Source: Octopus vulgaris (taxonomy: Eukaryota). Taken from it: a stretch of DNA of 64,000 nucleotides. A model generated the notes under the pieces. It was not told the DNA's origin and did no database searches. It worked only from the letters and a program-made list of their open reading frames with translations. Location: assembly GCA_951406725.2 (NCBI GenBank), contig OX597815.1, positions 54,498,001 through 54,562,000 of the forward strand, given 5' to 3'. The first letter of the stretch is position 1. The number at the start of each line of letters is the position of its first letter. Below, one piece after another: positions 28,501 through 40,507 of the stretch. The position numbers and the translations under genes were made by a program.

Positions 28501-30537
28501 GGATACCTAACATTTTCCTTATCTACTTTTCTAATTAACACCCTATCTAGGTATGACCTGGAAGATCTGTCGCTGTTTGACCACGTCCACAATGGAACGT
28601 TCCGAAATTGCAGCCTATAAGGATGTACTAGCTCAAAGCGGCTTAGCAGTTCCAGGAAGCAAGCATTACCTCTTCTATCAGAACACGAGCCAACATAATA
28701 TACGCGTACACCGCAGATTGTGTTATAGTCTCTTAGTACAACTAGAGAATGTGATGTACCGAGAAACTTCTCCAGGTTCCGAAAATACTCACTTTGTCCG
28801 TTTTCAGTGGGTGCATAAATTGAAACCAGCCTGATAATCTTACCACGAGTGAGCGTCAAATCTATGACGACCAGCCTACCTTCTGGGTCTGAAAAAATTA
28901 ACTTTTTCTCAGAAACCCGGTTTCTTTTTAACAGGACCAATAGGACATCCCGGAGAGAAAAATCTCTTGTAACCATCAAATAGCGGGAGGAGATCTCTTG
29001 GCCCCCTTAACCGGGTTTCCATTGAAACAATGACATCCAAATTGTGCGACGTGATGAAGCGACCTTGCTTCCAGCTCGACCCCAGGCCATGCACATCCAA
29101 ACAACCAACATGAATACAAGCCATCTACTTACCTTGGCATCAGTGGCTTTGAGCCTTGTCCTTTTCCTTTTCCCGGGCTCGAGGGTTGGTTTGACATAGG
29201 TCCTCGTACATGGACTTACTAAAGCCCAACCTTGGAGGGCCTATGTCTGTGGGGAAATATGATTTTAATATTGAGAGGTTTATATCGTCTATTTGGATTA
29301 TTAAAATTCCTTCCGGTAGTTTTGAAGATTTCTTCTGCGGATGTGCAGGGGGAGGGGATATCAGGACTGGAGGATGGGGATTGGAGGGGTGAAATATCAG
29401 GGCTGGGTGGGATGGAGGGAAGGTTATCAGGGTTCGAAAGAGGAGATATTGCTGTTATTTTTTTGGTGAATAGTGGTGAGGAGGGGTAGTTTGAATTTCG
29501 TGTATCTGTTGAGGGTGCTTTTTTCTTGTTCGAGCTGGATATTGGGGGTGGGATTGGGTTTTTTTTTCTTTTGGTTACTTCTTTTCTTCTTACAGTAGAT
29601 CATCCATCCTCATCCCAACTGGTTGAGCGTTCTCATTGCTGGGAGCCTTCTGGTCGGTCTTCTGTGTCTCTGCCTCTTCTTCATCCTTTTTTGGGGGGCC
29701 ATCTCCACCTTACGGGCTGGACAGTTTGCCCGAATGTGGCCCTTCTCTCCACATTGCACATTCGAAGTACCGGTGTCTTCTCCCCTCCACCATTATCCGT
29801 AAAGTGGTTTCTCCGTAAGGTGTATATTCTCTACGATCTTTTCCAGGCTGGGAGTAGTCATGAGACATTCACTTCTGGCGGGATTTCTTCTATTGTGACC
29901 TTTGCTGTGCACCTAAGTACACAATGTCTATGGTTTTCAAAGATTGTACTGAATGTGTTTTCGCTTTCTCTTCACTTTTGAAATAAACTACTACAGTGGC
30001 AAAGCGTTTGTCTCTGGTCAGGTATTCTATGTCCTGCCATATCGGCTGCTGGCATTTTTCTATAGCTTCATTTGGTGCTTTGTCGAGTTTCTTTCCCTTT
30101 ATAAAAGTTATAAATACGACTTAGTTTTGTTTGTTTTTTTTTGCAGTTTCTTCTATGATTTCACTCTGGAGGGTGGCTTTTACGTCGTAACTCACCTTTT
30201 CAAACATGTTTTGGTGCTGCATTAGCACACTTCGGTCAACACTCCAGCCGCAGCTACAGAATTTTTTTTTTTTTTTTGCCGGTTCTATGAGGTTTTCTGC
30301 CGTCGGCATACAGAGGAAGTATTCATTTTCAACAAAATAAATTTGTGGAAAAACGCCACAAAAATGGATAATTTCCCTCCCCTCACAGAGGGGAATAAAA
30401 GTTCACTCTGTTTTCCACGTGCAGAACGGTATTACTAATAACACAAAGAAAAGAATTCAGCAACAACAATTTCAACAACAATTTCAACACTAAACTTCAA
30501 GCAAAAATACACGGCAGAATTAATCACAAGTAACAAA
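25590..30537 (-). mobile_element. Full-length degenerate L1/Tx1-clade LINE (ORF1 zinc knuckle, APE endonuclease, RT)
   Basis: ORF1 ~30309-29130 with CGEKGHIRANC. APE domain EGRLVV...SIYAP...YLDR...SDHK (27993-29124). RT FRPITLLNTELKILAKVL, RKGSPLPP, AYADD (26584-27674). 17-bp TSD at 25568-25584 and 30538-30554. Confidence 0.92.
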
Positions 30538-31249
30538 ACCGCTAAGCAGTTCACCTGCTCGCCGCCTTAAATCGACGAAATACTAACTTTGAGAATAAAG
30601 AGCCGGGACAAATTTTGAAAAGCATTTTCCCAACGCCATGTCTGAGTAGCTTGCAATTACTTATACATTAAGAAAGTCGTTTTCTCACTTGTTTTAATTT
30701 ACGTTATCTTTGTTATTCATTTTTGTTATTTTTACTGATTTACAAACATCATTATTTCGTTTCACCCTCTCTACCATCATCTGTTTTTTTTTCTTTCTTA
30801 CAAAAATAGTATTTCCCAAAGTCACACGAATTTCTTTCTCTCTTTCGGGAAAAAAAGCTTCGAATTAATAATAGAACAGTCTCTAAACGCATTGATGTGA
30901 CTAATCTGACACAGCCAGGGATTTTAAGAATCGTTCAATAAATTTGAAAATCATTAGTGTCTAGTGTGACATGAGGTACTTTGTTTCAAAAAAATAAATC
31001 ATTGAGTTTGGCCGGATGATAGTAATTCTGTTACCGCTAGCAACTGTAGAGTTTCTGCCAGACGCGGACGAGAGTTTTTTTCTAACGCTTACAGTCACGA
31101 TAGAGGGATAACTGAAATTGATGGTTTTCTGCGACAAGTGTTTTTAAAACATCCTCTTCTATAGTAATTCGGAATTCCACACACAGCACAGCACTAGCTA
31201 AAGTATCAAATAGCATTAGAATGGACGGCCTTTTTCCATCTTTCAGTCG

Positions 31250-31690
31250 TAGCTGAAGCAGATGATCATTGCTTGTCTCAAGAAAATATACATCATCATG
31301 TGGATTGCAATCCCACAAAGGATGAAGTAAATTTAGCGATTAAGCACACGAAGGTGCTTGGGTTATATGGCAATTTCGCCCCATACAGCGGGACGGGTGC
31401 AAAATAGTTTCCTCTTCCCTATATAACATATGAGATAGATTTCATATACCACAGGACCATATTAATGGGATGCAAGACTCAACACACAAAAGAAAAAAAG
31501 TTTAATCTGTATATGATTATTTCCAGGATATTATTCTCTTAGAATCCGTGGTAGACTGTATTTATAGTGCTTTTAAATCAGTTAATGAGTAACCTCTCCA
31601 GCTTAGTGCAATCTGAAACACAATTTGGGCTTCGGTCAGAGAGATGTACTATGAAAATTATGTGCTCTGCGCGACAACTTAAACACAAAT
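31250..31690 (+). mobile_element. RTE-type LINE RT relic
   Basis: Translates to DCNPTKDEVNLAIKH and SETQFGLRSERCTMKIMCSARQL, resembling RTE RT (ESQCGFR..RST.D.IF..RQL). Confidence 0.5.
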
Positions 31691-31982
31691 TGAGGTTGGT
31701 GTGTACTTTATGCATATAGTATATGCTTGTAGAAATCTACGATATATTGGAAGTACGACCAAGAAAACAGGTGGTATATAAATGCTTTGAATTTTCTGTT
31801 TTATCGATACACAATAAATTTATGTAAACTATACCTGTATCGTTTATAGTTTAAATGATACCAGGTGCAGATTTCTAACTTTAAATATATGAGAAATTAG
31901 CAAAAACAAGAACGGAAACACAAGAGGAGCAAGTTTTGACAAACGTGTTATTAGCATAACACTTGAAAAGAAAAGGAAAGCT

Positions 31983-32020
31983 TCTTTTAGGTTTCGGACG
32001 CTAGTCATTCATCAGAAAAA
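31983..32020 (-). ncRNA. Degenerate minimal hammerhead in a PLE terminal fragment (31890-32600)
   Basis: UUUU-CUGAUGA-au-GAC-uagc-GUC-c-GAAAC-cUA-AAAG, next to (GAA)n. Confidence 0.5.
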
Positions 32021-32106
32021 GGAAGAAGAAGAAGAAGAAGAAGAAGAAGAAGAAGAAGAAGAAGAAGAAGAAGAAGAAGAAGAAGAAGAAGAAGAAGAAG
32101 AAGAAG

Positions 32107-32137
<31 letters not shown>

Positions 32138-32784
32138 TTTAAGTGTCGGGTGAAAATGCGGTTAAATATAGTAGTATTTAGGAAGGGAAGAAGAATGGGA
32201 TGTTCTGCGCATATATGGGTATATGATATTTGTGTAGAGAGATAGGCGTAGTAGTTGAGCGGTGTGGTTTGCAGGTGGTTTCTGGTGATGTATGGAGGTG
32301 TGCAAAAGCGGGATAAGAAGAGTAGGACAGGTGAATAGGAGTGAATATGGACAGCGTGGGAGAAATAGGTAGCAGAAACAATGAATAAAACAGTATTGTT
32401 GGTGAGAAAACTAATAATAAAAATAGATAAAAAGTCGGAGGGAAAAGGTACAAAATAGATTAATAATGGGAAAAAATGTAATAAAAGTGAAGGGGTTTTA
32501 AGGTAATAAGTGATGTGGTAATAAAAGTGATGAGGTGTGCGTGTGTGTGTGGTATATTCTATTAACCCATTTTCACTATACACATGGATACGTACTTAAC
32601 GAAAATATATAGTATATTCATTTATTTAATTATTTTATATGTTCGCTGAAATATGTGATATTGTCGTTTCATTTAAACCATTTTTGAGCTGACCATTCAC
32701 TGGTCATTTCTTCACCAAACGTTTCGTTGATATTGCTGAATATCGCGCTTTAATATTTCCATTTCAGATTATTGTAACAACGAT

Positions 32785-34433
32785 TTCTTTATGGAGACAG
32801 TACAAAGATGGACAAAAACACAAAAGTGGGGAAAAAATAAAACGAATGAGAAGGGTGGTGTAAAAAATGAATGGATAGAATGAAGGCCACTCGGGCTCCA
32901 CAATCCACTTTGAAACTGTTTTAAAAACAATCAAATACATAATATGCCCATGTTAAATTATTTTAGAAGTTCATGATAGCTTACCACTGACTGCACTCCC
33001 TTGGTATCAATTTCCTTTTGTGGGATAATTACATTTCTCCCGTAATCCTTACATAACATTTGCAAGTTCTTTCTGTCCATTAATACCCATTTAACTTGCA
33101 AGAGTACTCCCTCACACCTTTAAATGTCGATTTTTATCAACTCGTTCAGATTGTTTATTTCGTCGTTCAACTCATTGAGTGACTTATTGTAAAAAACAAT
33201 GCATCTTTTTTCACAGGTTTGGGGTTGGGAAATTTGGGACTCTTGTATATTTGCAGCTATAATATCAGTGTCTGGTTGAGTAGGGTGAGGGTCGGTATCA
33301 GCAGGAGGAGGGAAGAGCAGAGTGAGGTTGGTAGGATGGGGATTAACATCAATACTCTGAGTTATGTTTTTTCGGCTTTTTTCCATTCTTCTGTTTTCTC
33401 TTCTTCCATTTGTGCCTCTTTGCCATCTTCCTTGCCTGGCTCCTTCATACTCCCGTCTGTGCCATTTGTCATTGTAGGAGGTGGAGGAGCAATTTCCCTC
33501 CCGACCTTCAGTGCTTCTGACGTCCTTGTGGTAGGTGGAGGGCACTCCTTTCTTATGTGGATCTTCTGGCCACATTTATAGTAGCGGGGCTTCCTACCCT
33601 GCACTATGACTCTCAATACCACCTCGTCTCACACCTTTATGGTGTCGACCATTCTTTCAAGGTCCTCCAGGGCAGCCTGGATCATTATCTCCAGGCTCTC
33701 CTCTTGCCAATTCTTCAGCGGTGTTCTCGTTGCCTGGAAGACCTCAATCTTCTCCTCTACACCCAGGCAACATCTACCTCTGTGTGATTCTCTTCCACCT
33801 TCACCCTGGAAGCACACCTTCCAAGGTAAATAGGCAGAAATATTAGCTCGTCCGTTTTCAAGGAGGCTACCGAATGTTGCCTGGCCTTCTCCTCGGATGC
33901 AAATCTCACATCCACATTTACGTATTTCCTCCCTCTGTCAAGGTAGGTGACATCCTGCCAGATGGGTCTCAATGTCTTCTCAACTTGTAGTTTTTGCACT
34001 ATTTCCATTTTCTTTGCATCCAGACTATAAGTTCTATATATTATTGTCCTCTTTTGTGTATCCTTTGTAACTTCACTAGGAGGGGTGACTTTTACTTCGT
34101 GCCTCTCCCTTCGCGGATTTCCCTCTACTTCTTCAACCGCTTCTTAAAACAAATCGCTTCTTTTATTTTTTTTTTGTTTCACCAGCGGCAGCTGCAAAAT
34201 TCATTTTTTTTCCACCTTCATCTTTTTCATTTTCTGATCTACAATATCTAAACTTCTCAGTAATTCTTCTTCAGACGTCCATACGTCTGAAGAATTCAAA
34301 TCTTCACGAAGCTTCCACTTTAAACAAGGGGAACAGCGCTAACAAAACTGCCGCAAGGCAGCAATTCCCAATTCAACGATCCTTCACTAACCTCTCTAAC
34401 GACGCGCAGACAACATTCACGAACAAGTCGGTT
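32785..34433 (-). mobile_element. ORF1-only Tx1-like non-autonomous retroelement #1
   Basis: Broken ORF1 (LRPIWQDVTYLDRGRK...FLPIYLGR...GRKPRYYKCGQKIHIRKECPP) followed by a short 3' tail, with no EN/RT. TSD on both sides. Confidence 0.75.
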
Positions 34434-34452
34434 CAGATGATTGTAACAAAAT

Positions 34453-35894
34453 TTCTTTATTGTCCACAGGAGGCTAAACACAGAGGGACAAATAAAAACA
34501 TATAAGTGGGACGAAAATAGACAAACGAATGGGAAAAATGAAAAAAGTTAATAACGAATTGGAATGAAGCCACTCGAAGCACATCCGAGGGACTTCATTT
34601 ACACTTTTTTAAACTTTTTTTGCAAACTTATAATTTAACTTAGGCGGCAGCTTACTTGCGTCTACTGCCACGCCTATGTCCAATGTTTCTGTTCCACAGT
34701 TTTCCATTAAAGCAAGACAATTTTTTAGGGTGAGGTTTGGGGAATTTTGGGTTCCTGTCTATTTATGTTATTGTCTGTGTCAGGAGAGGCAGGGGGGATT
34801 GTGATAGCATGGGATCGGGTGGTTGTCGAATGGGAGTAGGGTGGGGATTCACATTTTTTCCTCATGTCTTTTTTTTCGTTTTCCTCCCTCTTTAGCTTGT
34901 ATCCATTCCTGCTCTTCGTTCCCAGGCTCCTCCTTGCTTGTAGATGACTTCGCCAGAGGTGGAGGCTCGACTTTTTTCTTTTGGTTCCTTTGCACTCGTT
35001 GGAGGGCATTCTGCCTTAATGTGGCCCTTTCCCCCCACATTTAAAACACCTGGGCGCCCTGCGTTCTACCATGACTCTCAAGTTGATGTCCCCGTCGACC
35101 ATGATGGTCTCTGGGGCGGCCTGGATCCCGATTTTCAGGCTCTACACTTGCCAACTGGTTGTCGGCATTCTTTTTGCCTGGAGGACCACAATCTGGTCCT
35201 CCATACCAAGTAGGATGGTATCTACCAGTCAGGCAGCATCCACCTCAGGAGGGATTTCCTCTACCCTTATCCGAGAAGCACGTCTTCCTAGGTAAATGGG
35301 TAGAAGGACCACCTCTTCTGTCTTGAGGGGATTAACGACATACTGCCGGTCTACAGCCTCGGACGCAAACTGCACCCCACCGTTGCGAACTTTCTCTCTC
35401 TAGCTAGGTAATCCATCACTTTCCAAATGGGCTGCAGAGCGCTTTACACTTCAGCTCTTGTAGCCACCTCTATCCGATGCAGTCTTACGTTGTATGTTCT
35501 ATACAACACCATTCTTTTAGCTGTCCTTTCTGTAGTTACCATAGGAGGGGATATCTTGACATTGTTTCTCTCCATTTTCATCATTTCTGGCAATCTTTCA
35601 ATTCCCTCCAAACGCACATCTTCAGACTGCTATCTCACCACTTCTGTGAAACTCCTCCTTTCCGTCTCTCTATCTATTTCGTCCAGACATCCCACCAGCT
35701 CCTCCTCAGACGATGACAGGTCTGAGTAGCTAATTCTCTCCAATTAACAGCGCTTCTCCCTTCAAATAAGGGGCACAGTCTTAACAAAACTGCCGGAAGA
35801 CAGCAAAAACAAGTGTCTTAAGATACAACAATTAATAACAAATCCAACGTTGACTATCCTTTCGCACAAACAAAATTCACGATCAACTCGGTCA
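34453..35894 (-). mobile_element. ORF1-only Tx1-like non-autonomous retroelement #2
   Basis: Homologous ORF1 (LQPIWKVMDYL..., LLPIYLGRRASRIRVE, zinc knuckle CGGKGHIKAECPP). Shares the 5'UTR block aagggg.acag..taacaaaactgccg with #1. Tail tgtttagcctcctgtggacaataaagaaa. Confidence 0.75.
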
Positions 35895-35990
35895 CAGATG
35901 ATTGTAAGAACGATGAAAAAGTATCACTGTTAATTTATGGATGCATTTGGGAAGGTCTATGCCTATATTATCAGACAATTACAAAAAATG

Positions 35991-36048
35991 TTTTTAAAAA
36001 ATTCAAAACTCTGCAAAAATCCGATACAAATTCTTCATGATTCAAAAA
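35991..36048 (-). promoter_or_regulatory. Degenerate (fossil) SECIS-like element in the GPx 3'UTR
   Basis: Minus strand reads UUUUUGAA-uc-AUGA-AGAAUUUGUA-ucggauuuu-UGCAGAGUUUU-GA-auuu-UUUAAAAA: helix I, AUGA/GA core and ~10-bp helix II, but no apical AA. It lies ~105 nt after the stop. Confidence 0.55.
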
Positions 36049-36153
36049 GCTGCTTACTTTTTACTCAACCTAATAGATTAATGCAATTAAAATGAGTTTA
36101 AAATAATTCTTACGGTTATTATATTCTTTAACTTTGAATTATACAGGAGTTAG

Positions 36154-36348
36154 TTATAGGATTGACTTCTTTTGTAGATCCTCAATGATGGCATGTGGTG
36201 TTGTTATCGGTAAATATCGGAAAATCGGAATTCCATTGGGATCGATAACGAATTTTTCAAAATTCCATGTGATGTCTCGCGGAGTGATAGGATTCCAGGT
36301 ACCTTTCATCTTATCGTATTCTGCATCACGTGGCGAAGGACATGAATA
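36154..36348 (-). CDS. GPX: Glutathione peroxidase, exon 3 (terminal)
   Basis: Acceptor aaatttcag|TAT. Encodes YSCPSP...WNPITPRDITWNFEKFVIDPNGIPIFRY...KSIL-TAA, with the WNFEKF GPx signature. Spliced product is 66+1+80+64=211 aa. Confidence 0.95.
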   Translation of the reverse strand, partial: YSCPSPRDAEYDKMKGTWNPITPRDITWNFEKFVIDPNGIPIFRYLPITTPHAIIEDLQKKSIL

Positions 36349-37096
36349 CTGAAATTTTAGAATGCAAAGCAAAAATATAATGGCAGTCACGTTGGTTGGC
36401 GAGGTGATAAGGGAGTCTGAAAGCCAATTGGGTAATAGATTCACTACAGAGTATTTTGTCTTAGTGAGAATTTTCTGGTTCAGGCTTCTGGCACCAAATT
36501 TTCCTTAAAGTATATTATGGAAATATATTCAACTCAGTGGAACAGACTAACGAAACACTCCCATCACCTGAACTATCACCTTTCGGTGTTACATATTTAC
36601 AGTAACGAGCGTAGTTGCATCGTTTTTACTGCCTGATAGGCATCCTATTAATTCGGCAAAAGGTAACTCAGAATGGAATTTGTGCGAGATGTCTAAGTGG
36701 GTTCTGCTGCGTAGTTGCTGTGAATGGAACATACTGGCATGCATGTGTCACTGATGGGGAGATATAGGATAGAAAATACTATGGGCTTCTGTATGCGTGC
36801 ATGGGGAGCAAAGAATTGTGAGATGTGTTTGGAACCGTTTATCACTGCGTGTGTGAGGTAGAGCTACGAAAGGAGAGGGAACCTATTGAGGTGTGCTAAT
36901 TGTTGAGGATGTTATGCTGTACTTCCGGATTACACTGCACTCAACTTATAATAATGAAACCGATTGATTCAATGTTTAGGCTATTCTGCCGAAAACAACT
37001 CATAACTGAAATTTTTTTTTATTGTAAGCTTAAATATATACCGATATAACCACATATTTATAAACATCACTATAAATTTGTATTATTATTATTGGT

Positions 37097-37300
37097 AAGG
37101 CAGCGGGCTGGCAGAATCGTTAGCAGGCCGGACAAAATGCTTAGCAGCATATCGTCCGTCTTTGCATTCTGAGTTCAAATTCAACCGAGATCGACTTTGC
37201 TTTTCATCCTCTCTAGATCGATAGAATAAGTACCAGTGGAACATTGGGTCGATGTAGTTGACTTACTCCTCCGCCTCTCCTAGTGCCAAAATTTGAAAAC
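37097..37300 (+). mobile_element. Family A SINE in GPx intron 2
   Basis: aaggcagcgggctggcagaatcgttagc...gagttcaaattc...gactttgcttttcatcc. Confidence 0.8.
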
Positions 37301-37655
37301 TACATGATTATTATTGGTCTTAAGGCGGTGAGTTGTCAGAATTGTTAGCACACTTGTTGCCTTGAAATGTATTATTTGAAGTGGATTTTATACTGAGTGA
37401 TTTTGCAGTATGCTGTGTATATTTGTTTATAATTTGATGCATTATGCGCAGTCATGTTGGCTTGGTTTTATTTAACATTCAAATATAATGATCGTTTAGT
37501 CAATCAAAGTCTCACATTATATACTGTTTCAGTTTTGTTAACCTAAATCTTTTGAAATGTTTCATGTTTATCGAAAAAATAATGCAAACGTTTCCATTGT
37601 AAACACTAGGTTTTTACTTTTTACTAAGGTAATATGAAAAGAATGTTACAAATAC

Positions 37656-37897
37656 CTTTAGAAGAGTGAAAAGAGGATGCTCGTTTATACCATTGACATC
37701 GGTTTTTTTCATCATATCAATTTTAGGAACAAAACCATTTCCAGGACGAACATGTTTGAGACCGTTCATAATTTCTGTTTTATTTAAACCAGGTTCCATA
37801 TACATAAATTGATTACAAGGAAATCCGACGATTTCTAATTTCTGTTTAAATTTCTTTTCTGACAATTCATTCATTTCATGATATTGCGTTGCGTAGC
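37656..37897 (-). CDS. GPX: Glutathione peroxidase, exon 2
   Basis: Acceptor ctctttcag|GC completes Gly in phase. Encodes GYATQYHEMNEL...IVGFPCNQFMYMEPG...LKHVRPGNGFVP...DVNGINEHPLFTLLK. Donor AAG|GTATTT, phase 0. Confidence 0.95.
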
Positions 37898-38293
37898 CTG
37901 AAAGAGGTCAGGGAATAAATCGGTCTTGTTAATAACTATCAGCTTGTTTTATAATCAAAAAAATAAATATCAAGCAAGTCGAATCTATAACTAATTTTAT
38001 TTGCTTGTTTTTTTCTTAAATAATTCCATTGAGCTTATAAAACTGGACCCTTTATCCCTTTTATTCGTGGCCATGCGTATTATATATCTCTGACTTACTC
38101 GACCACTCTACTGTTTGATATTAGCTATTTATTATATCAACACTTCCCATTGAAATTTGTAAATCAAAGCTTACCAGAATGAATTCACTAGTTATAAAAC
38201 TTCTTGTGCTGAATTAAATTCATGTATTTTCTTTGTGAAATAAATGTATGGAAAATATTTTCAACTAAAATTTACATCTATAAAAAGAAAGTT

Positions 38294-39499
38294 AACTATT
38301 TTCCGAAACATACGCACAAATATAAAAACAGCCTCATTTAAAAATGGCGCTTGATAATTTCAAAAAATTATATATACATAGAACGTATATTAGATTTTCT
38401 TCGGCCTATATTGTATATGCAGGCCTGGCTTTTGAGGAAGCCTAGCATTTATAATACATGCATATTTCCTCTCTCCACACCACTGACGTTTATCTAAAGG
38501 ATAGGCCATCGAGTTCAGCCAATACAGCTTGGTTGTCGGGTCGCAGGCATTATTTTCAGAACACAACGTAAAGCGTTTCGCCCGACTCTATAACAGTTCC
38601 ACTAATCTGATATCGAAATAATGATTGTTTCTGCGATGTTTTCATTCAGCGATGAGATACCTAGTCATCTATTTGGATATGTTACGAAACTCTATAAAAA
38701 TATACTCTCCATGTTCTTTAAAGAACATGGAGAGTGATTTGAGGATGCGTGCCTTTAATGTATCATTCATGTAGCTATAAATACCAGTCTAACCGTCCTT
38801 AAATCACTCTCCATGTTCTTTAAAAAGGAAGGGCATGTTGGATACAACTTTTCCTCTGGAAAATGATGGTTTGGGATTAAACAGTATAGGTCTACTTTTA
38901 TCAGGACGGATGAAGCTGTATGAAGAGGCAGTTGTAGCCTACTAGCTTCATTCAAACCAAAGGAGGACCCGCCTACTCAGGCTTCAGCCACATTATCTTT
39001 AGATCCTACCCCACTGTCTTAAACATTTACCAATATATTGGATAAAATACTTCTTGAATTCCGGTTACACACAGAAAATTCATCACAAAGAAAAACTTCA
39101 TCCAATATGCATAGATGCTGTAAGATAATGATAAAACCTACGAACGTACACGAAGCAATATTCCAAGAGTTTCAAAGGGGAAACTATTTTCCGAAACATA
39201 TGCACAAATATAAAAACAGCATCATTTAAAAATGGCGCTGGATAATTTCAAAAAATTATATATACATAGAACGTATACATTAGATTTTCTTCGGCCTATG
39301 TTGTATATGCAGGCCTGGCTTTTGAGGAAGCCTAGCATTTATCATACATGCATATTCCCTCTCTCCACACCACTGACGTTTATCTAAAGGATAGGCCATC
39401 GACTTCAGCCAATACAGCTTGGTTGTCGGGTCGCAGGCATTATTTTCAGAACACAACGTAAAGCGTTTCGCCCGACTCTATAACAGTTCCGCTAATCTG
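38294..39499 (+). repeat. Near-identical direct duplication of ~317 bp (38294-38609 and 39182-39499)
   Basis: Both copies run aactattttt.ccgaaacata...ctctataacagttcc.ctaatctg. Confidence 0.95.
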
Positions 39500-40232
39500 C
39501 CACACTGGATTGGTACTTTTGTCGAACCGAAAAAATACAAACGAAAGTTAACCACGGTGGTATTTCAACTCAAAGAAGAGAGACGTTCTACCAACTCCGA
39601 GTACACTTCTACGAATGTTATACATTTCCACTGTTCACTTATGAGACAAGTATACCTTTGTGCATCATTCCCAATACGCAGCGGCACACACTCGCTTGCA
39701 CACAATTTAATACACGCGCACATACTTACCTACAAGCATGCACATGTATGGCATTTTCGCCTTCTTATCGCCCTTATTTACATTAAACACACGCAGACAG
39801 ACCCTATCATGCACAAACACCAACTTGTTCGTATGTTATCTCCCATGACAGACAACCACACTTTAGAATGAAAATAGTATTCCATTCTAAAGACACCCGT
39901 CATCCATTTCATTCATTTCATTTGTTTAACATAAGTGTTTTCACAGCAAAACATTAACCCGTGGCATCTTTTAATCTCATTTTTTTTTTACTTCTCAGAT
40001 TTTTTTTTATAGAAAACCACAATCCGAAACGTTAAACGTTACTTCGGTTTCTTCTGAAGAAAATGTGGCTGAAGCCCGAGTAGGCGGATGTTATTTTGGC
40101 TTGAATGAAGCTAGTAGGTTACAACTACCTCTTCATAAATAAAATTAATCACCTTATATATTTGCTTGTATTAATATAGTTTTGTTCCTGAAACATTTTC
40201 TATGTCATTCTAATGCTTCCATTCTATTTCAG

Positions 40233-40507
40233 TTACCCTTTCAAAAACACAAGATTACAAACATCACAAGAAACAACAGAAAACAGAAGGCTATCTATCC
40301 TGTCGTCAAGCCTATAATGTGGAAAGTAAAAACTTCATAATTTGCAATTTTCCCGAACAGTGTACCACAAACATGCATCACATCACCCACTATTTTCCAT
40401 ACAATGTTTCCGTACCGCTTCAAATTGTACGAACAGTCACATTTACTGATGAATTTCCATTCACATTTTCTTACGATATTCCTGACACAGTAGTACAAGT
40501 GCTCTAA
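40233..40507 (+). CDS. Candidate terminal exon of an unknown antisense gene nested in GPx intron 1
   Basis: Branch-like CTAAT plus pyrimidine tract ttccattctatttcAG, then 90 open codons (TLSKTQDYKHHK...LSCRQAYNVESKNFIICNFPEQC...VVQVL*). AATAAA at 40533. No homology recognised. Confidence 0.3.
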
